Positions 13,774-22,215 of a stretch of DNA of 64,000 nucleotides are shown here, in pieces. Below the pieces are notes generated by a model that was given only the letters and a program-made list of their open reading frames with translations, made no database searches and was not told the origin of the DNA. The position numbers and the translations under genes were made by a program. The stretch is from an uncultured Gemmatimonadaceae bacterium (GTDB taxonomy: Bacteria; Gemmatimonadota; Gemmatimonadetes; Longimicrobiales; Gaopeijiaceae): contig CAYPMO010000004.1 in the NCBI GenBank assembly GCA_964412015.1, forward strand, positions 50,504 to 114,503, in the 5' to 3' direction. The stretch's first letter is position 1. Every line of letters begins with the position of its first letter.

Positions 13774-15222
13774 ATGTTCCGCCCTTCGCCCGTCTCGGCC
13801 GTCCTCCTCCTGATCCTCGCACTCGGTTCCGTCGACCCCGTCGGAGCCCAGCAGGCGTCCGGCCCCACGGACTTCCGGGGAGTGTGGACCGGCCTCCTCG
13901 ACGTCGGAGCGGTCGAGCTCCGCCTGGTCTTCCACGTGGAGCCGGCGGGAGACGACTCCTTCACCGGCACGTTGGACAGCCCCGACCAGGGTGCCGCGGG
14001 GATCCCGGCGACGTCGGTCAGCGTGCGGGGCGACACGCTCCGGTTCACGATCGCTCCGCTGTCCGCCGTGTTCGAGGGGACGCTGTCCCGGGACGGCTCC
14101 CGCCTGGAGGGTACGTTCACCCAGGGACCCGCCCGGCTTCCGCTGGTCCTGACCCGTGATGAGGCACCCCCACCGCCCGAGCGCCCCCAGAATCCCACGC
14201 CCCCGCTCCCGTACCGCGTGCAGGACGTTCGCGTGGAGAACCCCCCGGCCGGCGTGAGCCTCGCCGGCACGCTGACCCTCCCCTCGGGACCGGGACCGTT
14301 CCCGGGCGTGGTCCTCGTAACCGGTTCGGGACCCCAGGACCGGGACGAAGCGATCATGGGGCACAAGCCGTTCCTCGTCCTGGCGGACCACCTCACGCGT
14401 GAAGGGATCGCCGTGCTCCGCTACGACGATCGCGGCGTGGGCGCCTCGACCGGGACGTTCGCGACCGCCACGTCCGAGGACTTCACGTCGGACGCCCTCG
14501 CGGCGGTCGCGTTCCTGCACGCCCGAAGCGACATCGGCGCCGTGGGGATCGTGGGGCACTCCGAGGGCGGCCTCGTGGGCCCGCTGGCGGCGACGCGCTC
14601 CGGAGGCGTGGACTTCGTCGTGATGCTCGCCGGTCCGGGGCTCCCCGGGGATGAGATCCTCTACCTCCAGGGCGCGCTCATCGCTCGAGCCGGAGGCGCT
14701 TCCGAGGAATCGGTCGCCGCCAACCTGGACATCCAGAAGCGCCTCTTCCAGGTCCTTCGCTCCGAGCCCGATTCGGCGGTCGCGGCCGGCAAGCTCCGAG
14801 CCGCGCTCGACGAGGCCGTCGCCGCTCTACCGGCGGAAGTCCGCGGCTCGATGGCCGACGACCTCGCCCCCCAGGCGCTGGAAGCCCAGCTCCGGCAGCT
14901 GAACACCCCCTGGTTCCGGTTCTTCCTCACGTACGATCCCCGCCCCACGCTGGAAAAGGTGCGCGTACCCGTGCTCGCGCTGAACGGCGAGCTGGATCTC
15001 CAGGTGCCCGCGGACGCCAACGTGCGCGAGATCTCCCGGGCCCTCGAGCGGGGCGGCAACCGGGACGCGGTCGCGCGCGCGCTGCCCGGTCTCAATCACC
15101 TCTTCCAGACGGCGACCACCGGCTCGCCGTCGGAATACGGCTCGATCCCGGAGACGATGAGCCCGATGGCACTCCAGGCCGTGAGCGCGTGGATCAAGGA
15201 GCGCTTCGCCTCCGGCGGGTGA
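13774..15222 (+). CDS. secreted alpha/beta-fold hydrolase with ~130-aa N-terminal beta-rich domain
   Basis: Signal peptide (AVLLLILALGSVDPVGAQQ), nucleophile elbow GxSxG (VGHSEGG), and the typical VVLVTGSGPQDRDE and LRYDDRGVG segments. Confidence 0.8.
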   Translation: MFRPSPVSAVLLLILALGSVDPVGAQQASGPTDFRGVWTGLLDVGAVELRLVFHVEPAGDDSFTGTLDSPDQGAAGIPATSVSVRGDTLRFTIAPLSAVFEGTLSRDGSRLEGTFTQGPARLPLVLTRDEAPPPPERPQNPTPPLPYRVQDVRVENPPAGVSLAGTLTLPSGPGPFPGVVLVTGSGPQDRDEAIMGHKPFLVLADHLTREGIAVLRYDDRGVGASTGTFATATSEDFTSDALAAVAFLHARSDIGAVGIVGHSEGGLVGPLAATRSGGVDFVVMLAGPGLPGDEILYLQGALIARAGGASEESVAANLDIQKRLFQVLRSEPDSAVAAGKLRAALDEAVAALPAEVRGSMADDLAPQALEAQLRQLNTPWFRFFLTYDPRPTLEKVRVPVLALNGELDLQVPADANVREISRALERGGNRDAVARALPGLNHLFQTATTGSPSEYGSIPETMSPMALQAVSAWIKERFASGG

Positions 15223-15335
15223 CACTCCTTCCTCACGTTGCAGACGGTCCGTCTCGCACCGTATTCTCCGATCGTTCCGCAACCGACGTACGCGATCAGC
15301 CTCAGGCGAGCCCTCCGCAGAGCATCGGTGTGACC

Positions 15336-16739
15336 ATGAGTCCGAGCCGCCGCATCATCGAGCCCTTCCGTATCAAGGTCGTGGAGCCTCTCCGCATGAC
15401 CAGCGCGTACGAGCGCATGGTCTACCTGCGCGAAGCCGGATACAACGTGTTCAGGCTCCGCGCCGAAGACGTGCTGATCGACCTCCTCACCGACTCGGGC
15501 ACGGCGGCCATGAGCTCCGAGCAGTGGGCGGCCATGATGCGCGGCGATGAGGCCTACGCGGGCAGCAAGTCCTGGTACAGGTTCGAGAGCGCCGTCCAGG
15601 ACGTGTTCGGCTTCCGCCACGTCATCCCGACGCACCAGGGGCGCGCCGCCGAGCGGATCCTCTTCTCGACCGTGTGCCGGCCCGGCGACATCGTACCGAA
15701 CAATACGCACTTCGACACGACTCGCGCGAACATCGAGGCCGTGGGCGCGGAGGCACTGGATCTTCCGATCCCCGAAGGCCTGGTGCCGGCGCTGCGCCAC
15801 CCGTTCAAGGGCAACATGGACGTGGAAGCGCTGGAGGCGCTGATCGAGCGCGTCGGCACGGAGCGCGTCCCCCTGTGCATGCTCACGGTGACGAACAACA
15901 CCGGGGGAGGGCAGCCCGTCTCCATGGCCAACATCGAGGCGGTGAGCGCGGTGTGCAGGCGCCACGGCATCCCCTTCTACCTGGACGCCTGCCGGTTCGC
16001 GGAGAACGCGTTCTTCATCAAGACGCGCGAGGACGGGTACGCCGACCGTCCGGTGAAGGCGATCGCGCGCGAGATGTTCGCCCACGCGGACGGATGCACG
16101 ATGTCGGCCAAGAAGGATGGGCTGGCCAATATCGGCGGCTTCCTCTGCACGAACGACGAGGCGCTGTCACGTCAGGAAGAGAACCTCCTCATCCTGACCG
16201 AGGGGTTCCCCACCTACGGCGGCATGGCCGGGCGCGACCTCGACGCAATCGCGGTGGGGCTCGAGGAGGTGCTCCAGGAGGACTATCTGACCTATCGCAT
16301 CGAGGTCGCGCGCTACCTGGGGGAGCACCTGAGCGACGCCGGCATTCCGATCATGCAGCCGCCGGGCGGCCACGCCGTGTACATCGACGCCGCGGCCTTC
16401 CTGCCCCACGTGCCGCCGGCCGAGCTGCCGGGCCAGTCGGTGGTGGCCGAGCTCTACATGGAGGGAGGGATCCGCTCGGTCGAGATCGGCACGGTCATGT
16501 TCGGGCGAACCGACCCGGCCACCGGGCGCGAGGTAGGGTCGAAGATGGAGCTCGTGCGCTTGGCCATCCCGAGGCGCGTGTACACGAAGAGCCAGATCGA
16601 CTACGTGGTGGACACCGCTTCGCAGGTAGCCGAGCGACGCGAGCGCATCGGCGGCTTCCGGATCGTCGAGCAGGCACCCGTGCTCCGGCACTTCACCGCG
16701 CGGTTCGAGCCCATGTACGAGATGACGGTCTCGGACTGA
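15336..16739 (+). CDS. tnaA: beta-eliminating lyase: tryptophanase (tryptophan indole-lyase) / tyrosine phenol-lyase family
   Basis: 467 aa from ATG 15336. Motifs include EPFRIKVVEP, IDLLTDSGT, MMRGDEAYAGS, PTHQGRAAE, GGQPVSMANI and the PLP-lysine motif CTMSAKKDGLANIGGF. The C-terminal VLRHFTARF has the His that, as I recall, marks tryptophanase (H463 in E. coli) rather than the Phe-Phe of tyrosine phenol-lyase. Confidence 0.85.
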   Translation: MSPSRRIIEPFRIKVVEPLRMTSAYERMVYLREAGYNVFRLRAEDVLIDLLTDSGTAAMSSEQWAAMMRGDEAYAGSKSWYRFESAVQDVFGFRHVIPTHQGRAAERILFSTVCRPGDIVPNNTHFDTTRANIEAVGAEALDLPIPEGLVPALRHPFKGNMDVEALEALIERVGTERVPLCMLTVTNNTGGGQPVSMANIEAVSAVCRRHGIPFYLDACRFAENAFFIKTREDGYADRPVKAIAREMFAHADGCTMSAKKDGLANIGGFLCTNDEALSRQEENLLILTEGFPTYGGMAGRDLDAIAVGLEEVLQEDYLTYRIEVARYLGEHLSDAGIPIMQPPGGHAVYIDAAAFLPHVPPAELPGQSVVAELYMEGGIRSVEIGTVMFGRTDPATGREVGSKMELVRLAIPRRVYTKSQIDYVVDTASQVAERRERIGGFRIVEQAPVLRHFTARFEPMYEMTVSD

Positions 16740-16808
16740 GCGCACGAGCGCGCCGGCGGCACCGAGCTTGCGCCCACTGCCGCGGTCGGCCCTCCGCCCG
16801 CCCCCCGT

Positions 16809-19568
16809 CTACTCGCTCCGCAGCACCACCATCGGATCGACCCGCGTCGCGCGCCGCGCGGGCAGCCACGCCGCGAGCGTCGCTACGACGAGCACGGTCG
16901 CCGACGCGCCCACGTAGGCCGTGAGATCGGCAGGGCCCACCCCGAAGAGGAGGCTCCGCAGCACCCGCGAAGCCGCCCAACCACCCGCGCCGCCCAGGAG
17001 CACGCCGAGCACGCTTACGCCCAGACCCTGCCGGAGCACGGAGCGGACCACCGCGCGGCCGTCGGCTCCGAGCGCCATGCGCACGCCGATCTCGCGTGTG
17101 CGGCGCGCCACCGCGAACGCCACCACCGCCCATACCCCGGTGCACCCGAGGAGCAGCGCGAGCGCGGCGAACACGGTAAGCAGCAGGCCCATCACGTGCG
17201 TGTCTCCCGCCGCCTCCGCCTCGAGGTCGTCCACGCTCCGCGCGCCGAACAGCGGCACGTCGGCGTCGACCTCCGCCAGGGCCGCCCGCGCCGCCGGCAC
17301 GAACCCGAGGGGGTCTCCGCGCGTGCGTAACACGATGCTGCCGCTTCCCACATCCTGCCGGTGTGAGATGTACGCCTCGGGCATGATTCCGTTGGCCGGG
17401 CGGTCGAAGAGCACGTCGCCCACGACGCCCACGATCTCGGCGGGGCCGCGCTCCTCGGACGTGAGGCCGGTCCCCATCGCGATCGTCCGCCCGAGCGCGA
17501 CACCGTCGGGGAAGAGCTCCCGGGCCGCGGCCGCGCTCAACACCACGACCGGCCGGCTGCCGGTCTGGTCCTCCGACGTGAACGTCCGCCCCTCCAGGAC
17601 CGGGATCCCGAGCGTCGAGAAGAAGTCGTCGCTCACGTAGTGCACGCCGATCGAGGGCCGTGAGCCCTCGCCCCAGGTTCTGTCCCCGGCCTCGCGCACC
17701 CCGGTGATCATGCAGTGTCCCCCGAGCGGGGGCACGCACACCAGGGCGGCACCCTCGACGCCGGGAATGGCGCGGAGCCGCTCGAGGTAGCGCTCGTGGA
17801 ACGCGGCTTCGTCTTCGGCCCAGGGACTCGTGCGTGGAATCGCGAACTCGAACGCGAGCAGGTCGCCCGGCTCGAACCCGCGCCCGACGCGGTTGAGCTC
17901 CGAGAGCGAGCGGAGCAGCCGGCCCGCGCCCACCATGAGCACGAGCGCCATGGCCACCTCGGCCGTGACGAGCGCGCGGCGCAAGTCGAGGATGCCTCGA
18001 CCTCCGCGCGCCGTGGATGCCCCCGCACGCAGGCGGTCCGCGGGGTCTCCCGCGGCGACCGACAGCGCCGGCACCACGCCGAACACGAGTCCCGTCAGGA
18101 GCGCGGCGAGCGCGGCGAACACCACCACGGCCAGATCCAGCCCGACGGAGGCCACGCCCGCTGCCCGCACGTTCCAGCTGGCGTCGACGAACCGTGAGGG
18201 CCAGAGCGCGGCGAGCGCGTCCAACCCCAGCGCGGCGACCGCGAGGCCGACGAGTCCGCCCGCCGACGCGAGCAGCAGCGCCTCTGCGAGGAACGTGCGG
18301 GTCACGCGCCATCGGCCGGCCCCGAGCGCGACCCGCACCGCGGTCTCGCGCGCGCGCGCGCCGGCGCGCGCGACGAGCAGGCCGGCGAGGTTGGCGCAGG
18401 CCACGAGCAGGAGGAGCGCGGCCGCCGCTGTCAGCACGAGCAGCGACTTCTTCGCCTGCGGATTCACGGTGGCTTCCGCGAACGACTGGGCCGTGGCCGT
18501 GTGCACGACCGTCGGGTCGGTGTCGGGGTAGCGCTCCTCGACCGCGCGTCCAACGTCGCGCATGCGGTGGTCGAGCAGCGCGATGTCCGTGCCGGGCGCG
18601 AGACGGGCGACGACGCGCAGCCAGTGGGCCCGCGCCCCGCCGATGACGAACGGCGCGGTAAGGGACGCGCCTCCGCACGCGGTCATCCAGAGCTCGGCGG
18701 TTCCCGTGAGGCCGCGGAAGCCGGCCGGGGCGACGCCCACGACCCGGACCTGCCGGCCGTTCAGGGTGATGTCGGCGCCGACAACACCCGGATCGGCGCC
18801 GAAGCGCCCTCGCCAGAGCGCGTGCCCGAGGATCGCCACGAGCTCGGCCCCCTCGACGTCGTCCCCGGCTACGAAGTCTCGCCCCAGAGCCGGGGCCGCT
18901 CCCAGCATGCGCAGGTACTCGGGAGTCACGTATTCCGCGTTCAGGAAGGTCGCGTCGCCGACCCCCGTGAGCGTGAGTCCACGTCGCGCGTAGGCCGCGG
19001 ACAGCTCGACGGGGAGATCGCGCGTCTCGCGGAACGCCAGGTACTTGGGATACGACCACGGCATGGTCCGCGGACGCCGGTGCGCCGCGCGCCCCGACGC
19101 CGCTTCCGGCGCCACCGTGGAGGAGTCCGCGAGGTCGAGGAACGCCAGCCGCTCCGGCTCCGGGTACGGCGGCTCCGCGAGCAGCGTCGCCTTCACCGCG
19201 GAGAAGATCGCCGTGTTCGCGCCCACGCCGAGCGCCACCACGAGGATCGCGGTCACCGTGAACCCGGGCGTGCGCGCGAGCGTCCGCGCGGCCACGCGCA
19301 GGTCGGTCCATCCGTCACCCCGGCCCATGCCTCCCTCCCTTCCCTGTCGACGGCGCGCGCGTTCCCTCACGCCTTCGACCACCAGATCCACCAGCACCCT
19401 CACCCCGAACGCCGCGGCCGCGCCCGCCCCTCGGCGCCGACGCTCCGCCCAGACCGTCGTCGCGGCCGCCTCCATCTCGCCACCGTCCCGGTCCCTCACG
19501 GACGCGGGCCAGCAGAGGAGGGCGGCCCGCACGAGCCGCCCGAACATGTCGCTCCCGCCTCCCCTCAT
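16809..19568 (-). CDS. ADOP-family duplicated MacB/FtsX-like ABC permease (orphan, no ATPase nearby)
   Basis: 919 aa. The N-terminus is typical of the family (RTPGFTVTAILVVALGVGANTAIFS). There are two MacB-periplasmic plus FtsX modules, the second ending ...TRVDPMVVLRSE. The start overlaps the padR stop in ATGA (19565-19568). Confidence 0.85.
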   Translation of the reverse strand: MRGGGSDMFGRLVRAALLCWPASVRDRDGGEMEAAATTVWAERRRRGAGAAAAFGVRVLVDLVVEGVRERARRRQGREGGMGRGDGWTDLRVAARTLARTPGFTVTAILVVALGVGANTAIFSAVKATLLAEPPYPEPERLAFLDLADSSTVAPEAASGRAAHRRPRTMPWSYPKYLAFRETRDLPVELSAAYARRGLTLTGVGDATFLNAEYVTPEYLRMLGAAPALGRDFVAGDDVEGAELVAILGHALWRGRFGADPGVVGADITLNGRQVRVVGVAPAGFRGLTGTAELWMTACGGASLTAPFVIGGARAHWLRVVARLAPGTDIALLDHRMRDVGRAVEERYPDTDPTVVHTATAQSFAEATVNPQAKKSLLVLTAAAALLLLVACANLAGLLVARAGARARETAVRVALGAGRWRVTRTFLAEALLLASAGGLVGLAVAALGLDALAALWPSRFVDASWNVRAAGVASVGLDLAVVVFAALAALLTGLVFGVVPALSVAAGDPADRLRAGASTARGGRGILDLRRALVTAEVAMALVLMVGAGRLLRSLSELNRVGRGFEPGDLLAFEFAIPRTSPWAEDEAAFHERYLERLRAIPGVEGAALVCVPPLGGHCMITGVREAGDRTWGEGSRPSIGVHYVSDDFFSTLGIPVLEGRTFTSEDQTGSRPVVVLSAAAARELFPDGVALGRTIAMGTGLTSEERGPAEIVGVVGDVLFDRPANGIMPEAYISHRQDVGSGSIVLRTRGDPLGFVPAARAALAEVDADVPLFGARSVDDLEAEAAGDTHVMGLLLTVFAALALLLGCTGVWAVVAFAVARRTREIGVRMALGADGRAVVRSVLRQGLGVSVLGVLLGGAGGWAASRVLRSLLFGVGPADLTAYVGASATVLVVATLAAWLPARRATRVDPMVVLRSE

Positions 19569-19918
19569 CGGATCCCCGGAATCAGCTTCGCGGCCGCGGC
19601 GACCTCGAGCAGGCGCGCCAGGCGCGCCGACTCCGCCCTGGCCACGGCCAGCCCGAGCGGCGTCGCGCGGTAGTAGCGCCGGCGCGCGTCGGCCCCCGGT
19701 TCAGGAGGCTCACTCAACTGCTCCAGGAGGCCCTGAGCCACCATCCGGGCGAGCGTTGTGTAGAGCGTCCCCGGCAGCAGCTCGTCCCGGCCGCCGGTCT
19801 TCTCCTCGAGCGAGCGCATCATGCCGTAGCCATGCAGGGCCTGGTCACCCAGAGCCAGCAGCACGTGGTACTCGGGCGCCGTGAGCGGAAGGAACGCCTC
19901 CGGGTCGGGGTTCGTCAT
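19565..19918 (-). CDS. PadR-family transcriptional regulator
   Basis: Winged-helix PadR signature: LTAPEYHVLLALGDQALHGYGMMRSLEE...LLPGTLYTTLARMV. ATG 19918 has a GGAGG SD 4 nt upstream. The track ORF starts at GTG 19939. Confidence 0.85.
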   Translation of the reverse strand: MTNPDPEAFLPLTAPEYHVLLALGDQALHGYGMMRSLEEKTGGRDELLPGTLYTTLARMVAQGLLEQLSEPPEPGADARRRYYRATPLGLAVARAESARLARLLEVAAAAKLIPGIR

Positions 19919-19974
19919 CGGGCCTCCATCCGCGGCCACCCCTTGGGGTGGTCGGGGCTCTCGAGCGCGGAAAC

Positions 19975-20016
19975 TATCATGTCTAACATTATAGTGAGAC
20001 GCATGCGAATCGCCAA
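19975..20016 (-). promoter_or_regulatory. candidate padR promoter with overlapping PadR-type operator
   Basis: On the minus strand: TTGGCG (20016-20011), a 17-nt spacer, then TATAAT (19993-19988). The imperfect inverted repeat TATCATGT-cta-ACATTATA (19975-19993, 7/8 match) has an ATGT/ACAT core and overlaps the -10 box. This is the only AT-rich patch in the padR upstream region. Confidence 0.35.
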
Positions 20017-20118
20017 GTGTTGCATTGGGCCGCCCGTCGACCGCCGCGGCCGGGCGCCGTGCTTTCCCCCAGGCCCTGTGACCCCGTACGTTGCGGCTGC
20101 CCCCTGCGGAGCCGGTCC

Positions 20119-22215
20119 ATGCCCTGCCGATTCGCTTCCCGTTGCATCCCGACCCTCGCGCTTCTCGCCGTCGCCTGCTCGCCGCCCGACGCCGGGCGTC
20201 CCGACTTCACGGGCCTCGGCTACCTCCGCATCGTCGCGGTTGAGGACGCCCGCCCCACCGCCGGCCCGGAGCTCGAGATGCTCCTCCGGGGCACGTCGGT
20301 CTCTTCGGCCACGCTCCGCGCGGCCTCCGTGCGCGCGCTGGGGCGCCTGGAAAACCCCTCGCTCGTAGAGCACATCACGCCACTCCTCCGCGATCCGCGG
20401 ACCGGGGTGCGCCGTGAGGCCGCCAACGCCCTGGCCCAGGCCGTCCACAGGAGTAGCGGCCTACCTGCCTTGCAGCCCCTGCTCCACGCGCTCGAGAGCG
20501 AGGACGACCCGCACGTTCTAGGCGCCATGGCGCGCTCGCTCGGACGGCTCCGGCTCGACGGGTCCGCACGCTCGGCCGCCGCGCGGGCGCTGGTCGCCCT
20601 GAGCCGAGGCTCCGGGGGAAACGCCCCTCCATGGCAGATGGAGGGGGTCGCGCTCGGCATGGCGTCGTTCGTGCGGCTCCTGGGCGGCGCTGAGGTGCCG
20701 GCCGCGTTGCGCGAGCGCCTCCGGCAGATGACACGCTATGCCGTGGACGCCCCCGTGGGCGACGTCGGCGCGTCCCGGGTCCGCACCGTCTTGCTCGGAA
20801 CCTACGCGTCGCTCGGTCCGGACCCGAGCGAGATGGCCACGTTCCTCGCCGACCGGGAGGACGCTGTTCGCCTCTCGGCCGCGATGCGGCTATCGGCGGT
20901 CCCGCAACCTGCACGCGATTCGCTGGTGGGGGCAGCTCTCGCGGATCCCTCGCCGCGCGTGCGCCTGGAGGCCGTGCGGCGCGGCCTCGGCGTCGCTCCG
21001 CTCTCCGGCCGGGCGTGCGCCCGGCTGCTCGCCACCGCCGAGACCGACCCGGACACCCCCGTACGCCTCGCCGCTCTGGACGCGTTGGCCCCTCCCTGTC
21101 CCGACCGGGCGGCGCAGGCTGCCTTCCTCGCCACGTCGGCGCGCGCGGATTCGACCGCGCCGTCCGACTGGCACGTCGGAGCCCATGCGCTCGCGTCGCT
21201 CGCTGCGGTCGCGCCCGCGCGTGCCCGGGCCCTGTTCCCACGCTGGACCACACACCCGAACCCCTTCGCCCGCGCGTGGCTCGCCACGGCCGCGGGGCGC
21301 GCCGGCGATCCGGGCACGCTGCGGGTCCTCGCGTCCGATCCTCACCCGAACGTGCGCACGGAGGCCCTGAAGGGTCTCTCCACCGTCCTCGGCAGGCCGG
21401 CCGATCCGGAGCTGCTCGCGGCGCTCCGGACCGCGGACGACAGCCAACTCCTCCTCACGGTGGCCGGGCTGCTCTCCGGAACCGCGGCGCGCGCGACGGT
21501 GGCCGAGGCGGCATGGACCGCCCTCGCGCGCATCTCCCGGCCCGAATGGGAGACGCTCCGCGACGCACGCGTAGCGCTTCTGGCGCTCCTCGAGGAAACC
21601 GGGGACAAGACGATGGCGGCCCGAGTGGAGCTGTTCCTCACCGACCACGACCCCGCCGTCGCGAGGCGTGCCGCGGACATCCTCCGAGCGTGGACGGGAG
21701 CGCCCTGGTCCCCGGCACCCATTCCGTCGACCCGGCTACCCCTCCCGACGCTCGACGAGCTGCACGCGATGGAGCGCGCGACGCTGGTCTTCCACATGGC
21801 CCGGGGCGGCGCGTTCGAGGTCCGGCTGCTCCCGTGGCAGGCGGCCACCAACGCGGCGCGGCTCTACCGGATGGCCCTCGCGGGCACGTTGGACGGTCTC
21901 ACCTTCCACCGCGCCGCGCCCAACTTCGTCATCCAGGGCGGAAGCCCCGGCGCCAACGAATACGCCGGCCACGGCGCGTTCACCCGGGACGAGGTGGGCC
22001 TGTCGTCCAACTGGCGCGGGACGGTCGGGCTGTCCACCCGCGGACGTGATACGGGCGACGGCCAAATCTACGTGAACCTCGTGGACAACGTCCGCCTGGA
22101 TCACGACTTCACGATCCTGGGGACGGTGACGGCGGGGATGGAGGTGGTGGACTCGGTCCTGGAGGGCGACGTCATCGAGCGCGTGGAGGTGCGGCCGTCG
22201 GCCCCCCGGCCATGA
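20119..22215 (+). CDS. HEAT-repeat protein fused to C-terminal cyclophilin-type peptidyl-prolyl isomerase; probable lipoprotein
   Basis: ATG 20119 gives MPCRFASRCIPTLALLAVAC (lipobox LAVAC). Repeated HEAT-like units follow (LLRDPRTGVRREAANALAQ, DPSPRVRLEAV, DPDTPVRLAALDAL, DPHPNVRTEALKGL). The C-terminus has a cyclophilin core (FHRAAPNFVIQGGSPG...GTVGLSTRG...ILGTVTAGMEVVDSV). Confidence 0.8.
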   Translation: MPCRFASRCIPTLALLAVACSPPDAGRPDFTGLGYLRIVAVEDARPTAGPELEMLLRGTSVSSATLRAASVRALGRLENPSLVEHITPLLRDPRTGVRREAANALAQAVHRSSGLPALQPLLHALESEDDPHVLGAMARSLGRLRLDGSARSAAARALVALSRGSGGNAPPWQMEGVALGMASFVRLLGGAEVPAALRERLRQMTRYAVDAPVGDVGASRVRTVLLGTYASLGPDPSEMATFLADREDAVRLSAAMRLSAVPQPARDSLVGAALADPSPRVRLEAVRRGLGVAPLSGRACARLLATAETDPDTPVRLAALDALAPPCPDRAAQAAFLATSARADSTAPSDWHVGAHALASLAAVAPARARALFPRWTTHPNPFARAWLATAAGRAGDPGTLRVLASDPHPNVRTEALKGLSTVLGRPADPELLAALRTADDSQLLLTVAGLLSGTAARATVAEAAWTALARISRPEWETLRDARVALLALLEETGDKTMAARVELFLTDHDPAVARRAADILRAWTGAPWSPAPIPSTRLPLPTLDELHAMERATLVFHMARGGAFEVRLLPWQAATNAARLYRMALAGTLDGLTFHRAAPNFVIQGGSPGANEYAGHGAFTRDEVGLSSNWRGTVGLSTRGRDTGDGQIYVNLVDNVRLDHDFTILGTVTAGMEVVDSVLEGDVIERVEVRPSAPRP

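Noticed and set aside
16693-19311. 872-aa ORF on the minus strand overlapping the ADOP permease in another frame
   Set aside because: The translation is almost pure Arg/Ala/Gly/Pro with no motif. This is the typical out-of-frame product of ~70 % G+C coding DNA. The 16809..19568 frame has clear FtsX/MacB features.
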